Both the position numbers and the translations under genes were made by a program. Shown here piece by piece: positions 1 through 12,111 of a stretch of 64,000 nucleotides of DNA. Under the pieces are notes generated by a model that had not been told where the DNA came from, ran no database searches, and was given only the letters and a program-made list of their open reading frames with translations. The stretch's first letter is position 1; each line of letters starts with the position of its first letter. The stretch comes from Catajapyx aquilonaris (taxonomy: Eukaryota), in the NCBI GenBank assembly GCA_000934665.2, contig KZ538148.1, positions 1 to 64,000 of the forward strand, in the 5' to 3' direction.

Positions 1-95
1 TTTCCACTCTTTTTGGAGAATAACCCACTCATAAGCACTATTTTTGAAAGTGCTCTTTTTTTGAGCGAAAATTTCACTCGAAAATTTTTAGAGTG
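1..95. mobile_element. Possible right end of a non-autonomous DNA transposon (CACTC-terminal, CACTA/CMC-like), truncated by the window edge
   Basis: AT-rich segment with repeated and inverted CACTC/GAGTG and AGCACT/AGTGCT motifs, ending ...aaaatttttagagtg|ta. The other end is not in the window. Confidence 0.35.
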
Positions 96-3000
96 TAGGG
101 GAGCGGATGGCGATTTTACCGAACGAAGGGATTAATGACGCGGAGCATGTGATGAATAGCGACTTGCGAAAAAGCCACATTTCTCGCCGTGTTTCGGAGA
201 ACGGTTGGTGCAAAGTAATTTATAGTCTTCTAAGTATTGTCGCCTTTCAGAATTTAATTTGGAGAGCCGTGTTGGGTGGAAAGTGGAGGAGAAATGGCGA
301 CCGTAAGAAAGGCCTGTTTGAGGTACGCGGAACTGAGTCCTCGTGACGACGGTAATAAAAATTATCCCCGTCACTGCATGGCAGAGAAATACGAAAGCTG
401 AGTTATAGTCGCAGGCGTCCGGTTCGAATTAATGCGAATTGGCGGGGGTACAGTTGGCAAGCGGCGTAAACGTTTCTCTTTACTAAAAGGCGGTCGGTCG
501 GGAAAGGGACGGCTGGGACTTATTCTGCTCCCTCTTTGACGTCTGTATTTGGTTGTCACAAGTGTTGGTGAAACTTTGCCGTCAATGCTTGGCAGAAGCG
601 ACAAACACCATTTGCTACTATTCGGCTTGTTACTCGTGCTATAGTTGTATGTGCGTCAAGTGAGCTGTGCCTTTGCTAAATGCCCCCTAATTTTTAAATC
701 GCCGCTACTTATACAACGGCGGTTCATCAGTTGAACTCACTTGCCCCCTACTTGACTATTCTAGCTGGCTGTTTTGGTGGAAACCACTTCCAAATATTTG
801 TTGGACTTAGATGAAGTGCAGTGAAGTGTACTTAGACTTGCAAGTGATTCATGAAGACATTTTGGAGGGAAGGCCGCTGACCTGAACCGTTCTGAACTGG
901 TAGAATAATGAGTATTTAGACAGATCTTTGATATTTGGATTGTGTCACAGATCGTTTAGGAAGTATAGTTTCAGACGTTCCTTCGTGACCAGCCGCCATC
1001 CTCGTACTCCACAATCATCCGATATTTCCACCTGTAGCACCTTCCCGTGACTAACTCCATATGATTCCTTATCATTCAGCCAAGGTACACGTATGCAAGT
1101 CAGCGGCCCATGTTCCATAGTGTTTATTACCCACCTGTAGGTTGAGGTGCCCAGTGTAAGTTGTACTCGAAATCTGCTCGAAGGCCCTACGATTATTCGG
1201 AAATAGATTTTACACGAATACCTTCCGCTGGTGCAGTTCATGTAGGATGATGTGAACTACATATGTTCAGATGCCCAGCGCCGAAAGCAATGCATCTGAC
1301 CGCCAATCCACAGTCTCCCATGACTATAGTTCCTCCACTTTGGCCTCATATTTTGACGTGGTGCAGCACACTCGTCTTCCGGAGCGGGAGTAATCTTCCA
1401 GGCTGTCATGGCCGTGCCAAATAGGGTACATCACGTGTAAGATGGTGCATCGACATACAATGTTGCGTACATGTCCTCGGTACCCATTCCCCAAGTACCA
1501 GGTACTGTACCTGACGCGGTATGTACTACACCTGATGACCGCGTGATACGCCATGTTAGCCATCTTTACAAAATGATGTGCACCTCTTAATGTTTGATGG
1601 CTATCTGAACACGAAGAATGTAACATACATTCAAATAGGTGGACATTGGTAGTTCAAGAATAGCCCGATTTGATGGCGTCGTTAGATTCCACCATTTGTC
1701 ATTCCTTCAATGAAAGGTTGCGAACTTGTATAACTCACCTAGCCTCGTCCATCAGCGAGTTGTCGTGATATGCCTCGTTACCTAATGCGTTGCCCCTTGT
1801 GCAGGGATACTTGGCATTGGCACGGAAATTCCTGAGGTGAACAAGCATGGGAACACGACCTCGGATGCTTGTCTTAATGAAATGGAAGTAATGTAGCAAT
1901 CAAAGGAAAAACATGCGCAATTGGGTTTATAGTTGGGGCATAGCTTAACAATGTTAAAATGGTACAAATACTATGATAGTCGGTTCCGATGTTGCCTTAT
2001 TGTCAGATAACAGTATGTTCAAAATATAGACCACGGCAAGATGGATGAACGTTATCAATGGCGAATGCTTGAAACGCTTCGGCGTCCCCAAGTGTGACAT
2101 GCGATGATACGTAAAAGGAGCAGATATCCACGACGGAAATTGCTCCTGCCGAATACTCTCCGGAACACGACCTCGCCAAAAAAATAACATATCGACTAGG
2201 GGAGGGAACTGCACTCACAAGTCAGACGAATTTTATGTAATGTACGGTGGCGAAAGTTTTTAAATTGGTGTTCCATCATCCGGGTAACTATAGAACCTTT
2301 CGAGTTAAAGGTACTGACTGCAAGTGTAATATTAAATAATAAAAATAATGGACGTACTACCCACAAGCGCAGTACAATGGATGGATGATTGATCCACCTT
2401 TGTAACAATTGTGTCTATGTAAAATGCAATACGGATCATTTCGAATCACCCCTTAATTGAATCCCAGAGTATCTTGTCGTCCATTATTTCAATTGGAGCA
2501 TTTAGTTTGATACAGTATCTCCACAAATTCTGGCTCACAAGGCTATAACAAACGTCGAGCAAGTCACAATAAATTAGAGCAAGTTGCCTTGCAATTTGTG
2601 GAAGCAATGCATCATACTTCAGAGGCATTGCCGCACTAATTTATCACTCATGGATAAACTTGCGTAGGTGGAGCCTAGGAAATTTCATTAATTCACGTGT
2701 CTGATGTATTGGTTTCGTGAACTAATCGAGGCAGTTTACTGTTGCTCTAGCTAAATTGCTGCACACGAATCCGTGTATAAGACTGGTTTCCATAGGCCGT
2801 AGATTTGGAAGATGGGGGCAGTGACGGATGTAAAACAATATCCTCGATGCAAATTGCTGGGTAATAGATGAGTGAGTGACCGGCAGATCCGTCAAGATTG
2901 GCCGGATTTGAAATGGACTGGGATGTTCACCTGTTCCGCAAGCGTCGCACGCATCCAGCAGGCCTTCCTCCGAGTCTGAAGTTCATAAGCGTCTCCACGC

Positions 3001-5932
3001 AGCAATAAATTTCCCAGGAATGGGGGTATGAAAATGCAAGGCGAAGGATGGGTTAATGTGACTAGGGTTGGGTTTAAAGCAGTAGTAATAATCTTTGCAG
3101 CTGCGACGATGATCCTGGCTGGGCCCTGCCAATAGAATAGTGTCGGAACACACCGTGAAAGGAGAGGATGGGGACCGAATCTGGGCACCGCAGCCGGAGT
3201 TCCAGAGCACGAAAGCAGGGTGACAGCACGCGGGGAATTTACGTTGGAAAATGACCAAATGAAGTGGTCCGGAACGAGCGCAAGACATCCCGGGGTTTGG
3301 CCATTGTAAAGTTTCCAGGCGACTCCGGCCCTCCATTTGTTTCTTCGCACTGTTGGCAAAGAGAGACGGGGCTGACCCGCGTCCTTTGCCAAGCTTTTTG
3401 AGTCGTAGTCTAAACTTGTCCCGACAGAAGCGCCGTTTGAGGAGCCGTGGATGGAGAATAGGCGAAACATGACAGAGGTTGAGCCAAACGAGGGTTAGCG
3501 CCTCTCCAGAGCAGACACACAGGCAAAATTCGGCCTGTGATGAATCCCTTCATGCAGATTAGGAGGTCGACAAAAGATTCCCGGTCCCGATTTGAAGCCG
3601 CGGAACTCCCATTTATTGAGAGTGGAGCTACTGAGTAATGAAAGGAGTTCAAATCTGAGGCGATCCCGAGATTGCTTCCCTCGCGCGCGTTTTGCTCCAA
3701 GGCTTTTCTGCTTTCATTGTGACGTTTTGACAAGCAGGCAGAAGGAATTGTCGTTTGGCCTTATTTTGCAGACGACAACTATCGGGAAATAAATTAGCCA
3801 ACTTGACAGCTCGGAATTGTTTTGCTTCGCTGCATTAATTTTGCGGAATTAGGGCCCGCGCGTGTATTTTAGGCCGGGAAGTAAACACGCGTGTGTACCG
3901 GCGCCCATGCCAAAGGTTTTGTTTGCACCGAATTATTCTGGCCGAATATTTCGCAGTTTGCCGAGGAAAAAGGGCAGCCATGCGAGAAGGTTATGTTGTG
4001 GAAACAGCAGCACTTGCAGGCACATAGCTAAACTGACTCAGGAGCGGAAGCGATTTTTCAGCGCGGTCTGGAGAACAGCGAGGTTTTGTTCAAAGTGGGT
4101 GTTTGTGGGGGGGGGGGGNNNACGCGAGGTCGGCGGCCTCTGAATCTTGGTCACGACACTCCTGTCTCTCTACCCATCATGCTGCGGCGCTTTATTCCTT
4201 TAGGAAGAGTGAAGGGGCTTCCAGGGGATAGATTGCCCGCCGTCAAATGCCTTTCCATCCGGGCAAGCAGTCCCTTCCGCGCTCCGCAGCCTCCTGTATA
4301 AACTTACACGCTGATCACCTTCCGAGTCATTTGGTTGAAAAGTGGGTAAAATGATGTGGAAAATGGGCTGCGTGATTGTGAAGGGTGGGTTGCAGGCAGA
4401 CGGGGCGGAAGCGGTTGCCAGCACGAGTGTCCCACTTTCCGGGTGTTCCAGCCTAAGTGTGAAGGAGGGTTGGATCCGACTTAAATCAAGGGGAATTGAG
4501 AATATTACCGGGGATCTCGAATAGGGTTCCATTATAAATAGATTAGTGCCATTGTCGGATCCGTTGAGCCTGGGATTAAGTGCAGTGGCTTGCGATTTCA
4601 TGGATTGTTATGAGGCAGCCAGTTCTGTCGGGCAAAAGATCAAGAAGTTGTGAATAAATCAGCTACAGCCACCATTCCGGATATCTATGCCTGCCGGGGG
4701 GCTTGCACAGTTCTATTGCTTGTAATAAAGCGGAGACAAAATGCCCAGAGGCGAGTCCGATCCTGACTGAAACTCAACCGCGCTATACACACAGTGTACT
4801 CGATTGATCCCTGCAAACAAGGTGAGAGGAATTTAGGGACTAGGCTCTAGTCATGTCGGTTTTCTGTTGACCGGCTTGGCTCTTCCTCTGCATATAAAGG
4901 GATTGATTATAAATCGGAGCTATTTATAGTCTCAGATTGCAGTACGTCCTTCGGAAGAACGGTGTATACTGCCGCTCTATATCCGATGTCTGTCGTTAGA
5001 AGTAGCACGGGTTTTGCTATAGAAACTGCACGCATTCACTCCTTTGACGCGACGCGACGCGACGGGGAGAGAAGCCTAACAGTTTTTTGAGAGGAATTAT
5101 GTTATTGCATGTCCGGCCAAGCATTGATGTGGGCTTGTTTCTACTGTGTTGAGGTCGCGGATATAATGCTGCCTTTAGATCAGTTTGAATACTGTAGGAG
5201 AGTGTCCGCAGATTTTTTCCGCGGAGTAAAAGAGCGAGTGTCTGAAGCACTCTGACACACAATAACTGCAGGCGGCTGTTAAATTTCCCCGTATTAAAAA
5301 CAACAACAAAAACAGGTAGGCAGAAACAAATCCGATTTGCTTCGTCGTGCCACGCAATTGGCATCAGCTGAAAATTGGCCTTTGGCTGTACAGTGCAACT
5401 GTGCGAATTATTGCTGATCGCTCTGAGGCACCAAGATATCCCTTATGTGAATGGGAAGCATTAGCGGCACTGTACACTGATGTCGGGGGAAAAAAGTTTG
5501 TTCCCTGCCATACGTTTTGATTAGTGTTACTTAGCACCTGTGGGCGAGTTACAGGTACCATTAAAAATGCAGTTGTGGTAATGATATTGCACAACATGCC
5601 CGACTGTGTAGCTCTATTTTGGCAGTGGTTGAGCATATGACGTGTGGTTGGCAAAAGTCCCCGTCCAGAGTGAAAATCCTAGCTTTATACCCCACTAAAA
5701 TACAAAAGAAGTAAAAGTGACCATTTTGTACCTTCCTGGTCTATAAATAGGTGTCTGGTGTACCGCTGAAATAGCAATACCTCCAAATACTGTAGAAAGG
5801 CAACAGGGTATAGCAAGCAACCATATTTTGTTCTGGTTAGATAGCTATGCTAGCGCTATATATGTAAGTTGCTTACTGATAGACCATGGTTAAATTGTCC
5901 ACTTCTTTGTTCTTTTCGTAAAATTCTGTTAA

Positions 5933-6846
5933 CCCTTTGCTGCCTACGGCCATCATATGATGTCCGGAGATTTGCCCTGCCAACTTGGGTCATTTTTCAA
6001 CGCAAAAAATTTCAACCTCGCCGATTTTCTTGAAATTCGGTGCATTGGTAGCCCACACCGAGGGATAAAAAACGCACCTATAGTTACCTGATCAAAATGA
6101 CCTCGTGACCCAATTTTGAGTGGGGCAGAGGTCAAATTTCGACCTCACCGGATTTTTTTCAAATTCGGTGCATTGGTAGCCCACACCAAGGGATGAAAAA
6201 CGCACCTATAGTTACCTGATCAAAATGACCAAGTGACCCAATTTTGAGGGGGCAGAGGTCAAATCATAAAATTTCGACCTCACCGATTTTCTTGAAATTC
6301 GGTGCATTGGTAGCCCACCCCAAGGGATGAAAAACGCACCTATAGTGACCTGATAAAAATGACCTCGTGACCCAATTTTGAGGGGGGCAGAGGTCAAATC
6401 ATAAAATTCCGACCTCGCCGATTATCTTCAAATTCGGTGCATTAGTAGCCCACACCAAGGGATGACAAACCCACCTATAGTTCCCTGCTCGACATGACCC
6501 TGTGACCCATATTGGAGGGGACCTATGTCAATGCGCCGAATTTCAAGAAAATTTGTGACTGGCACTTGCAAAGTCTCCCTTGTGATTCACTAAGGCGGGT
6601 AGTACGTATACGCAAAAAATGTAAGTGTGTATAACCTTGGTATAACCCCCGAATTTCAAGAAAATCGGTGAGGTTGGAATTTGACCTCTGCCCTCATCAG
6701 AATTGGGTCACAGGGTCACTTTCATCAGGTCACTATAGGTGCGTTTTTCATCCCTTGGGGTGGGCTACCAATGCACCGAATTTCAAGATAATCGGCGAGG
6801 TCATAAAATTTCCGGAAAAGGGGGAAAAAACTCCGTCATCAAAGGG
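5933..6846. mobile_element. Non-autonomous piggyBac-like DNA transposon (914 bp)
   Basis: TTAA on both sides (5929-5932, 6847-6850). Termini CCCTTTGCTGCC and GTCATCAAAGGG (reverse complement CCCTTTGATGAC, 10/12 identical). No transposase ORF. Confidence 0.85.
6007..6530 (+). repeat. Four tandem copies of a ~128-135 bp unit inside the piggyBac-like element, with an inverted copy at ~6656-6811
   Basis: Anchor AAATTCGGTGCATT recurs at 6033, 6161, 6295 and 6430; its reverse complement AATGCACCGAATTT is at 6770. Confidence 0.92.
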
Positions 6847-9800
6847 TTAATAGCGCGGTATTTTCAAATGGTCATATTCAGAAACATGTCTCTGTTCCGC
6901 AATGTTTATGAACACCCAGTATGTGTTACTAGACGACGACCAAAGTAGCCACCAAAACAGCGCAATGCGTGAGACAAGCGTTTGAAGTGGTTTAATAGCT
7001 GGAGAACTTATGGACTTACTCTGTTCGTCACTTGAAGGACGTAGATTTGGCATCAGTTGGTTATTCTTGAAAGATTTCTGTATATATTTTTTAAAGTGAA
7101 CAATGCGGTCTGTAGCATTTTGTTGCATAGTTACCGAACTAGATGAGAGTCCATAAAGAGCGGGAGCCACGGCTGCTGTATTTAATTTTTTTTGTTGTTT
7201 TGGGGCTATTACACGGATAATACTTTTTTTGTTGTCGTTCTCCACTCCAGTGCTTGGAATGATTGGATCTGCGTCGCAACTTGACCCGAAACCTCCTCTG
7301 GGAGCACTTGGGATTGGCTCATTATCTCAATACACAAGCGAGCGGAACCAAATTTCACACATATAGCTACAGCAGGGCCAATGCCCCAACTGATGTAAAT
7401 TAGGGTTTGTTTGTTTCGGCAGAGTGCTCAAACTCGCGTGCCATATACGCATAATGCAGTACAAATACTGATCCCATTCCACTAGCCCCTTATGAGGGGA
7501 GGATTGCCTGTATGTTAACATCACAATGCGTAGTAGGCCCTTGTGAACAAGGAGTGAGAGAGCGAGAGCGAGAGAGAGCGAGGTTACAGTACGTAATCTT
7601 GGTGAGTTACAGGCACCTGTCTTTCTCCAGCAGACCCTTTGAAATAGCGAGGAGAATAGTGTAATCCTGTCAAAGCAAGGGAGAAATGAAAAGGATGCGT
7701 AGTGTTCAATCGGGAAAGGAACCGGATGGTGGGCGGAGTACATGCGTCGTAACAAACCGAGAGAGCACTTGGGTGACCGGTTATTTCCCGCCCCTGATGG
7801 CGAGCAAATGAAAATGATGGCGCGCGTGTTTGCTGCTGTGTCGCGAGTCAAAACGAGAATAATTATCCGGGTGCTCCAAACGGGGCATGTATAACGCTTG
7901 CACATCAACGTACGCGGAAGGTGAATTCTCCAAAAATGACAAGTGAGGCGGGTTGGGATGATGGGAATGCTGCATAAATCCAGCTCGTCACACACCACAT
8001 GATGCACACGAGGACATTGGCTAGACATGTGCGGCAGGACTTGAATTGATGACAAATTGCGCGACGATTGTTTAGGATCAGTCGGCCTTGCTTTTGTGGG
8101 GACCTAAAAGGGAGTTTGTTCATCATTATGCCTTGTGCTATATGCGCCTGCCCGGAACCGATTCATTGTCGACTATTGCTGCCTGCGGACTATGCCTGCG
8201 AGCATAGCCGCATGACGTGAATGGACAAGATTCATGGACCGAGCCCGCTCCTGATGGTTGAGCCCATTTTTAGGGACGGGCTTGTTTTCTAAGAGGGCCT
8301 ATAGTCTTTTAGGGCAAACAAACCCCCGGCTGGGTCTAGAGTCGCAAACATGGCGGCTTTGAGGAAAGTCCGGGATGCGGGCCCGTATAATCAGGGAAGC
8401 GTGTCCTGGGGACAGGGGAAGGTCCGGCCGAGTTGTTTGTAGGTTGTTTGGGCGAGATGGTAGGTAGGGGTTGATCATGATGGAGAGAGAGAAAGAGAGA
8501 GAGAGGCGTTGGTGCATGTTTTTGCGCGCGGAAGGATTCATACTCGTCGGCGGGAGGTGCTGGCTAATGACGTCTGTGTGCTGCTGCATGCATGGCAACA
8601 CTGCCTATCGATCCGGCACAAAACGAGTTTGATCGGAACATATAGGAAGTTGACGATTATTGAGCCCGGATTCTGCCAGCTTGGGAATGGCGGCGGGGAT
8701 GTGGGCGCGAGTTGGGATTTGGGTGGCAATTCTGCGCTAAATACTTCAGGCAGAAAATGATTAATGGCATTCACGTGGCTAACTATCAGGGGGGTGGAAA
8801 AATGAGAAGCAGCTATCTGGTAACTAGGCAAAGCGCCTCCCAGCGGTTTGAATGGGCTGCAGGGGCCAAGGGTTAACTGTGGCAATTCTACTTGAAAACG
8901 AATGATAATCTAATCACGGACTGGAAATCTATGAACCGAAACGTTTAACGGACCTTGGGGACAATTGGGCCCTGTCAAAGGCAATTAGGTGCCTCACGGG
9001 CAGGGTGACGACTTGAAACTTGGGCACCGCGCATGAAATAGTAATGAGGGATGAGGAGCGCAGGAAGGGACGGCTTCAAAAATGAGACTATTCAGATGCG
9101 GACGTGCGCAGGGCTAGGCGGGATTTGCTGCCGGAATAATTTGGGAAGCCGCATTGTGTGATTTTGTTTCAACGTCCGGCAGTTTTGCTAAGCTGGGACT
9201 ATTCATGGTCTGCGGCTACTAGTGCATTTGAACTGCGTTGCGGATTGCATAAGCTCCAGGATGGATTTCAGAGCATTAACTTGGGTATACACGACTGATT
9301 TTTTTTCCTGCCCATCCCCTCCCCGCCCCCCTGCCTGCCTGGCAAAGTGCGGGGCGCCAGTTTCACACTGCAAAACTCGGCTAATCAATCCGATGCCTTT
9401 GTAATGCCGATGTTAGCCGCTGTCGGGTAGCTCAGATAACTTTGGCTGGGGAGCATATACTTGACATTCAGTTAGTGGCAGGGCGTATTTATAGAGGATT
9501 CGCCATGTGCTGGTTGGGCCAGCGGTCCTCTCCATGACGGCCACCAGCTTTCTGACCCAAAGTTGGGCGCAGGTGCGACAAATTTGAAAACGGGCAGGGG
9601 GTCCGCCAACATTTTCCCGGCACATTTGGGTTTACACCCAGAGTTAGCACGCATGCATTTGCACACTAATGTGACTCTCTGGTCTATTCGGAACTGCACA
9701 ACTGGACGTCGCTGAGGTTAGGCTCGTGTTGTCGTACATGGCTGCCGTCTGCAGGATACACAGTTTTAATTACACTGACGGCGGTGTGTGATGTGTCCTG

Positions 9801-12016
9801 CTGATCATATTTTCATGTGGCTTACATAACGAGGATGGCGCAGAAGGGAAACCGCCGGGTTTTATTCATTTTTTTTTTTTTTGTTGAGCCCCTGCGCAAC
9901 GTCCTCTCCACCTACCCACCAGGGAGGTTCCGGTATTTGCATAATGATGCAGAGCCGAGCTTCCATGTTTAGAAGTGGATTTATAGCTGGCGTTCCCCAT
10001 CATTGGACCACTGTCGATGTGTAAATCAGAGAACATGGCTTGTAGTGATTGATTTCTGATCAATTCGGGGTTTATAGTCCACCCCTTTTTCCAGGGCTGG
10101 AGTACAACATGTGCCCCAGCGACAGATTAATCATTAGGTGTTGTTGTGCCGTGACTAGGATATTGTCGGTCATCTGTCACGAAGGGGTTAAGCGATTTTC
10201 ATGTCTTCACCCACTCTAACGAGGTTTCTGCCGCATCAGTCCTTGTCAAACACGGTCTAGTTGCGAATAAAAATTGCAGGTGCATCAGGGAGTTCATTCA
10301 CCGCCTCCGCTGTTAAACTGGCAGAATCGGTAATTGCCTATGGGATTTTCATGTTGAAAGATGTTTTGAAATGCGTGTAATAAATCATGCCAAACCCTTG
10401 CTGGGACGACTGGAGGAAAGGAAATATGACATGATTAGTACAGGAGAGGAAAAGTTTGCCTTGCTTTCAAGCTTGAGGTTGTCAGTCATGCTTAGATGTC
10501 TCCCAGGAGTACAGGAGATTACTTTTGTCTCCATGCAGGATAAAAAAGCTCTCTGCGGAAAGTTGACTCGACTGGGTTAGTCGTAAAGTGAGTCGCCAAT
10601 ATTTGCATTATCTCCACACTGACTGTTCCAGCAGCACACCCTCACCTGATAAATATTTACATGGTAGAGGTCTCATCGGGTCTCATTAAGAGATAACGCA
10701 GGCTGAGTGAGAAAATATCCGGGAACACAGTCAATATTTTTTGGCGAGTGTTTCGGTGGAACTAGGGGTGGGCAGCATGTGCGCGTGACGCCGTTTTTTG
10801 GCTGAATTACCACTGAGCCTTATCGCGCTGCATGTATGCAAACGATCCGGCCTGTTTCGAAAGCCTTGCGGCCATTACTTGCCATGTGGATGTCACTCCT
10901 ACGAATAAATTGGAGGGGAACGTGTCAGTTTGTCCAGATAAGGACCGGTTTGGTGGAATGACAGGTACATCATGTACTGTACGAGTTGGCTCCTGCACAT
11001 GAGGAAGAGGCGCAAGAAATGAATGGACGGGATGGCGGCTCTGTGCCCATTAGTGCAAACAGCAGTCAAGTTTTGCTAGCTCGCTCTAATTTCTGTCGAA
11101 TGAAAAAATAGCATTTACAATGACTGCCGGGAACAAGAACAAACCAGCCAAAATAGAGTAGAAGTTGTGGAAATGAAAAATAGTTCAGAATAATAATGTT
11201 ACATTGTGGAAGTTGATATAACTAGTGAGTTTTGTGCAGGGGCGCAGTTGACATGGACAGTGCGCGGAGAAGTGACAGTGGGCTACTTGACGGACTATTA
11301 GTACTTTGCCCCTGCCAAGTATGTGATGTGGTGGGCAAGAGAGGTTCGTAGGTTACCTATCTTCCAGGATAAAGAGTATGGTTCAAGGTCGCTTCCTACT
11401 GGCTCGCAGTTGGATATACAAGTACAGTACTCGGAGCATTTATTTTTTTATTTTTTAAAGGAGGAAAGTAATTGCATCTCTGTTCGTGACTTTTTCCCGA
11501 CAAAAGAGTAACTGTAGCCGACCATGCTGAATAACACTAAAAGGAATTTCGGTTCTTTTTGTTGCGAGAGGAGCAGGCGTGAGAAATGTAATTTGCACCA
11601 CCAAGTACTCTAACATCTGCACATGAAAAAAGTGTGTGTGTGTGTGCTTTTTTTCCCCCCTTCTGACGAGTGGAGCCGTAACTCGTGGGTTAGAAGGGGG
11701 ATGTGCTTGTCCCAGAAGTTGTAACCAGTTGGGATCATTACATCCACGCGGCATTGATGGCGTGTTCATCGCTTCCAGTAAGGAAACGAGGGGATTTATG
11801 ATATGGAGTTAGCGAATGGGGCGCTAAGAAAACGGGAAATCGTAAAACTAGACTCGCGATGGTTGCTACCCAATAAAATCTCCGCCGTTTACGAATGTCC
11901 TGCAACTCTCTCTGCCACTGTCGCATTTCTGCTAACAGGGAAGGCCATTACGCGATATTCCCTGTACTATACCTTGTGGTTTTCATGGCTGCTAATTGAT
12001 TTCTCTTTTTTTACAG

Positions 12017-12102
12017 GATGTACTACACACAATCTGCTCTCCGAGCGGGCGTGTCCAGAGGATAGTGATATTCAAGAAGAATGGCGTCCAGGCAATGGTT
12101 GA
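12017..12102 (+). CDS. hnRNPL: hnRNP L (smooth-like) internal coding exon, first part of RRM2: DVLHTICSPSGRVQRIVIFKKNGVQAMV(E)
   Basis: Preceded by branch-like CTAAT (~11992) and pyrimidine tract ttctctttttttacAG (AG 12015-12016). The 86-nt exon translates to a peptide closely matching hnRNP L RRM2 as recalled (human DVLYTICNPCGPVQRIVIFRKNGVQAMVE). It ends in phase 2 at a U12 donor. Confidence 0.96.
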
Positions 12103-12111
12103 ATATCCTTT
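12103..12111 (+). promoter_or_regulatory. U12-type 5' splice site ATATCCTTT
   Basis: Exact match to the RTATCCTTT U11/U6atac donor consensus at the exon boundary. Confidence 0.95.

Noticed and set aside
5953..6397. Two near-identical short ORFs (MTSAPLKIGSRGHF...)
   Set aside because: Translations of the tandem repeat unit inside the piggyBac-like element.
6007..6530. Regularly spaced repeats resembling a CRISPR array
   Set aside because: The whole ~130-bp unit repeats with no unique spacers; eukaryotic context and no cas genes.
7327..8055. Longest ORF in the track (242 aa, minus strand)
   Set aside because: No recognisable domain, composition typical of non-coding translation, and it runs through a GA-rich repeat.
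1..12016. Preceding hnRNP L exon (…LLFTILNP.YPIT-like)
   Set aside because: Not found by eye on the + strand; it probably lies upstream of the window.
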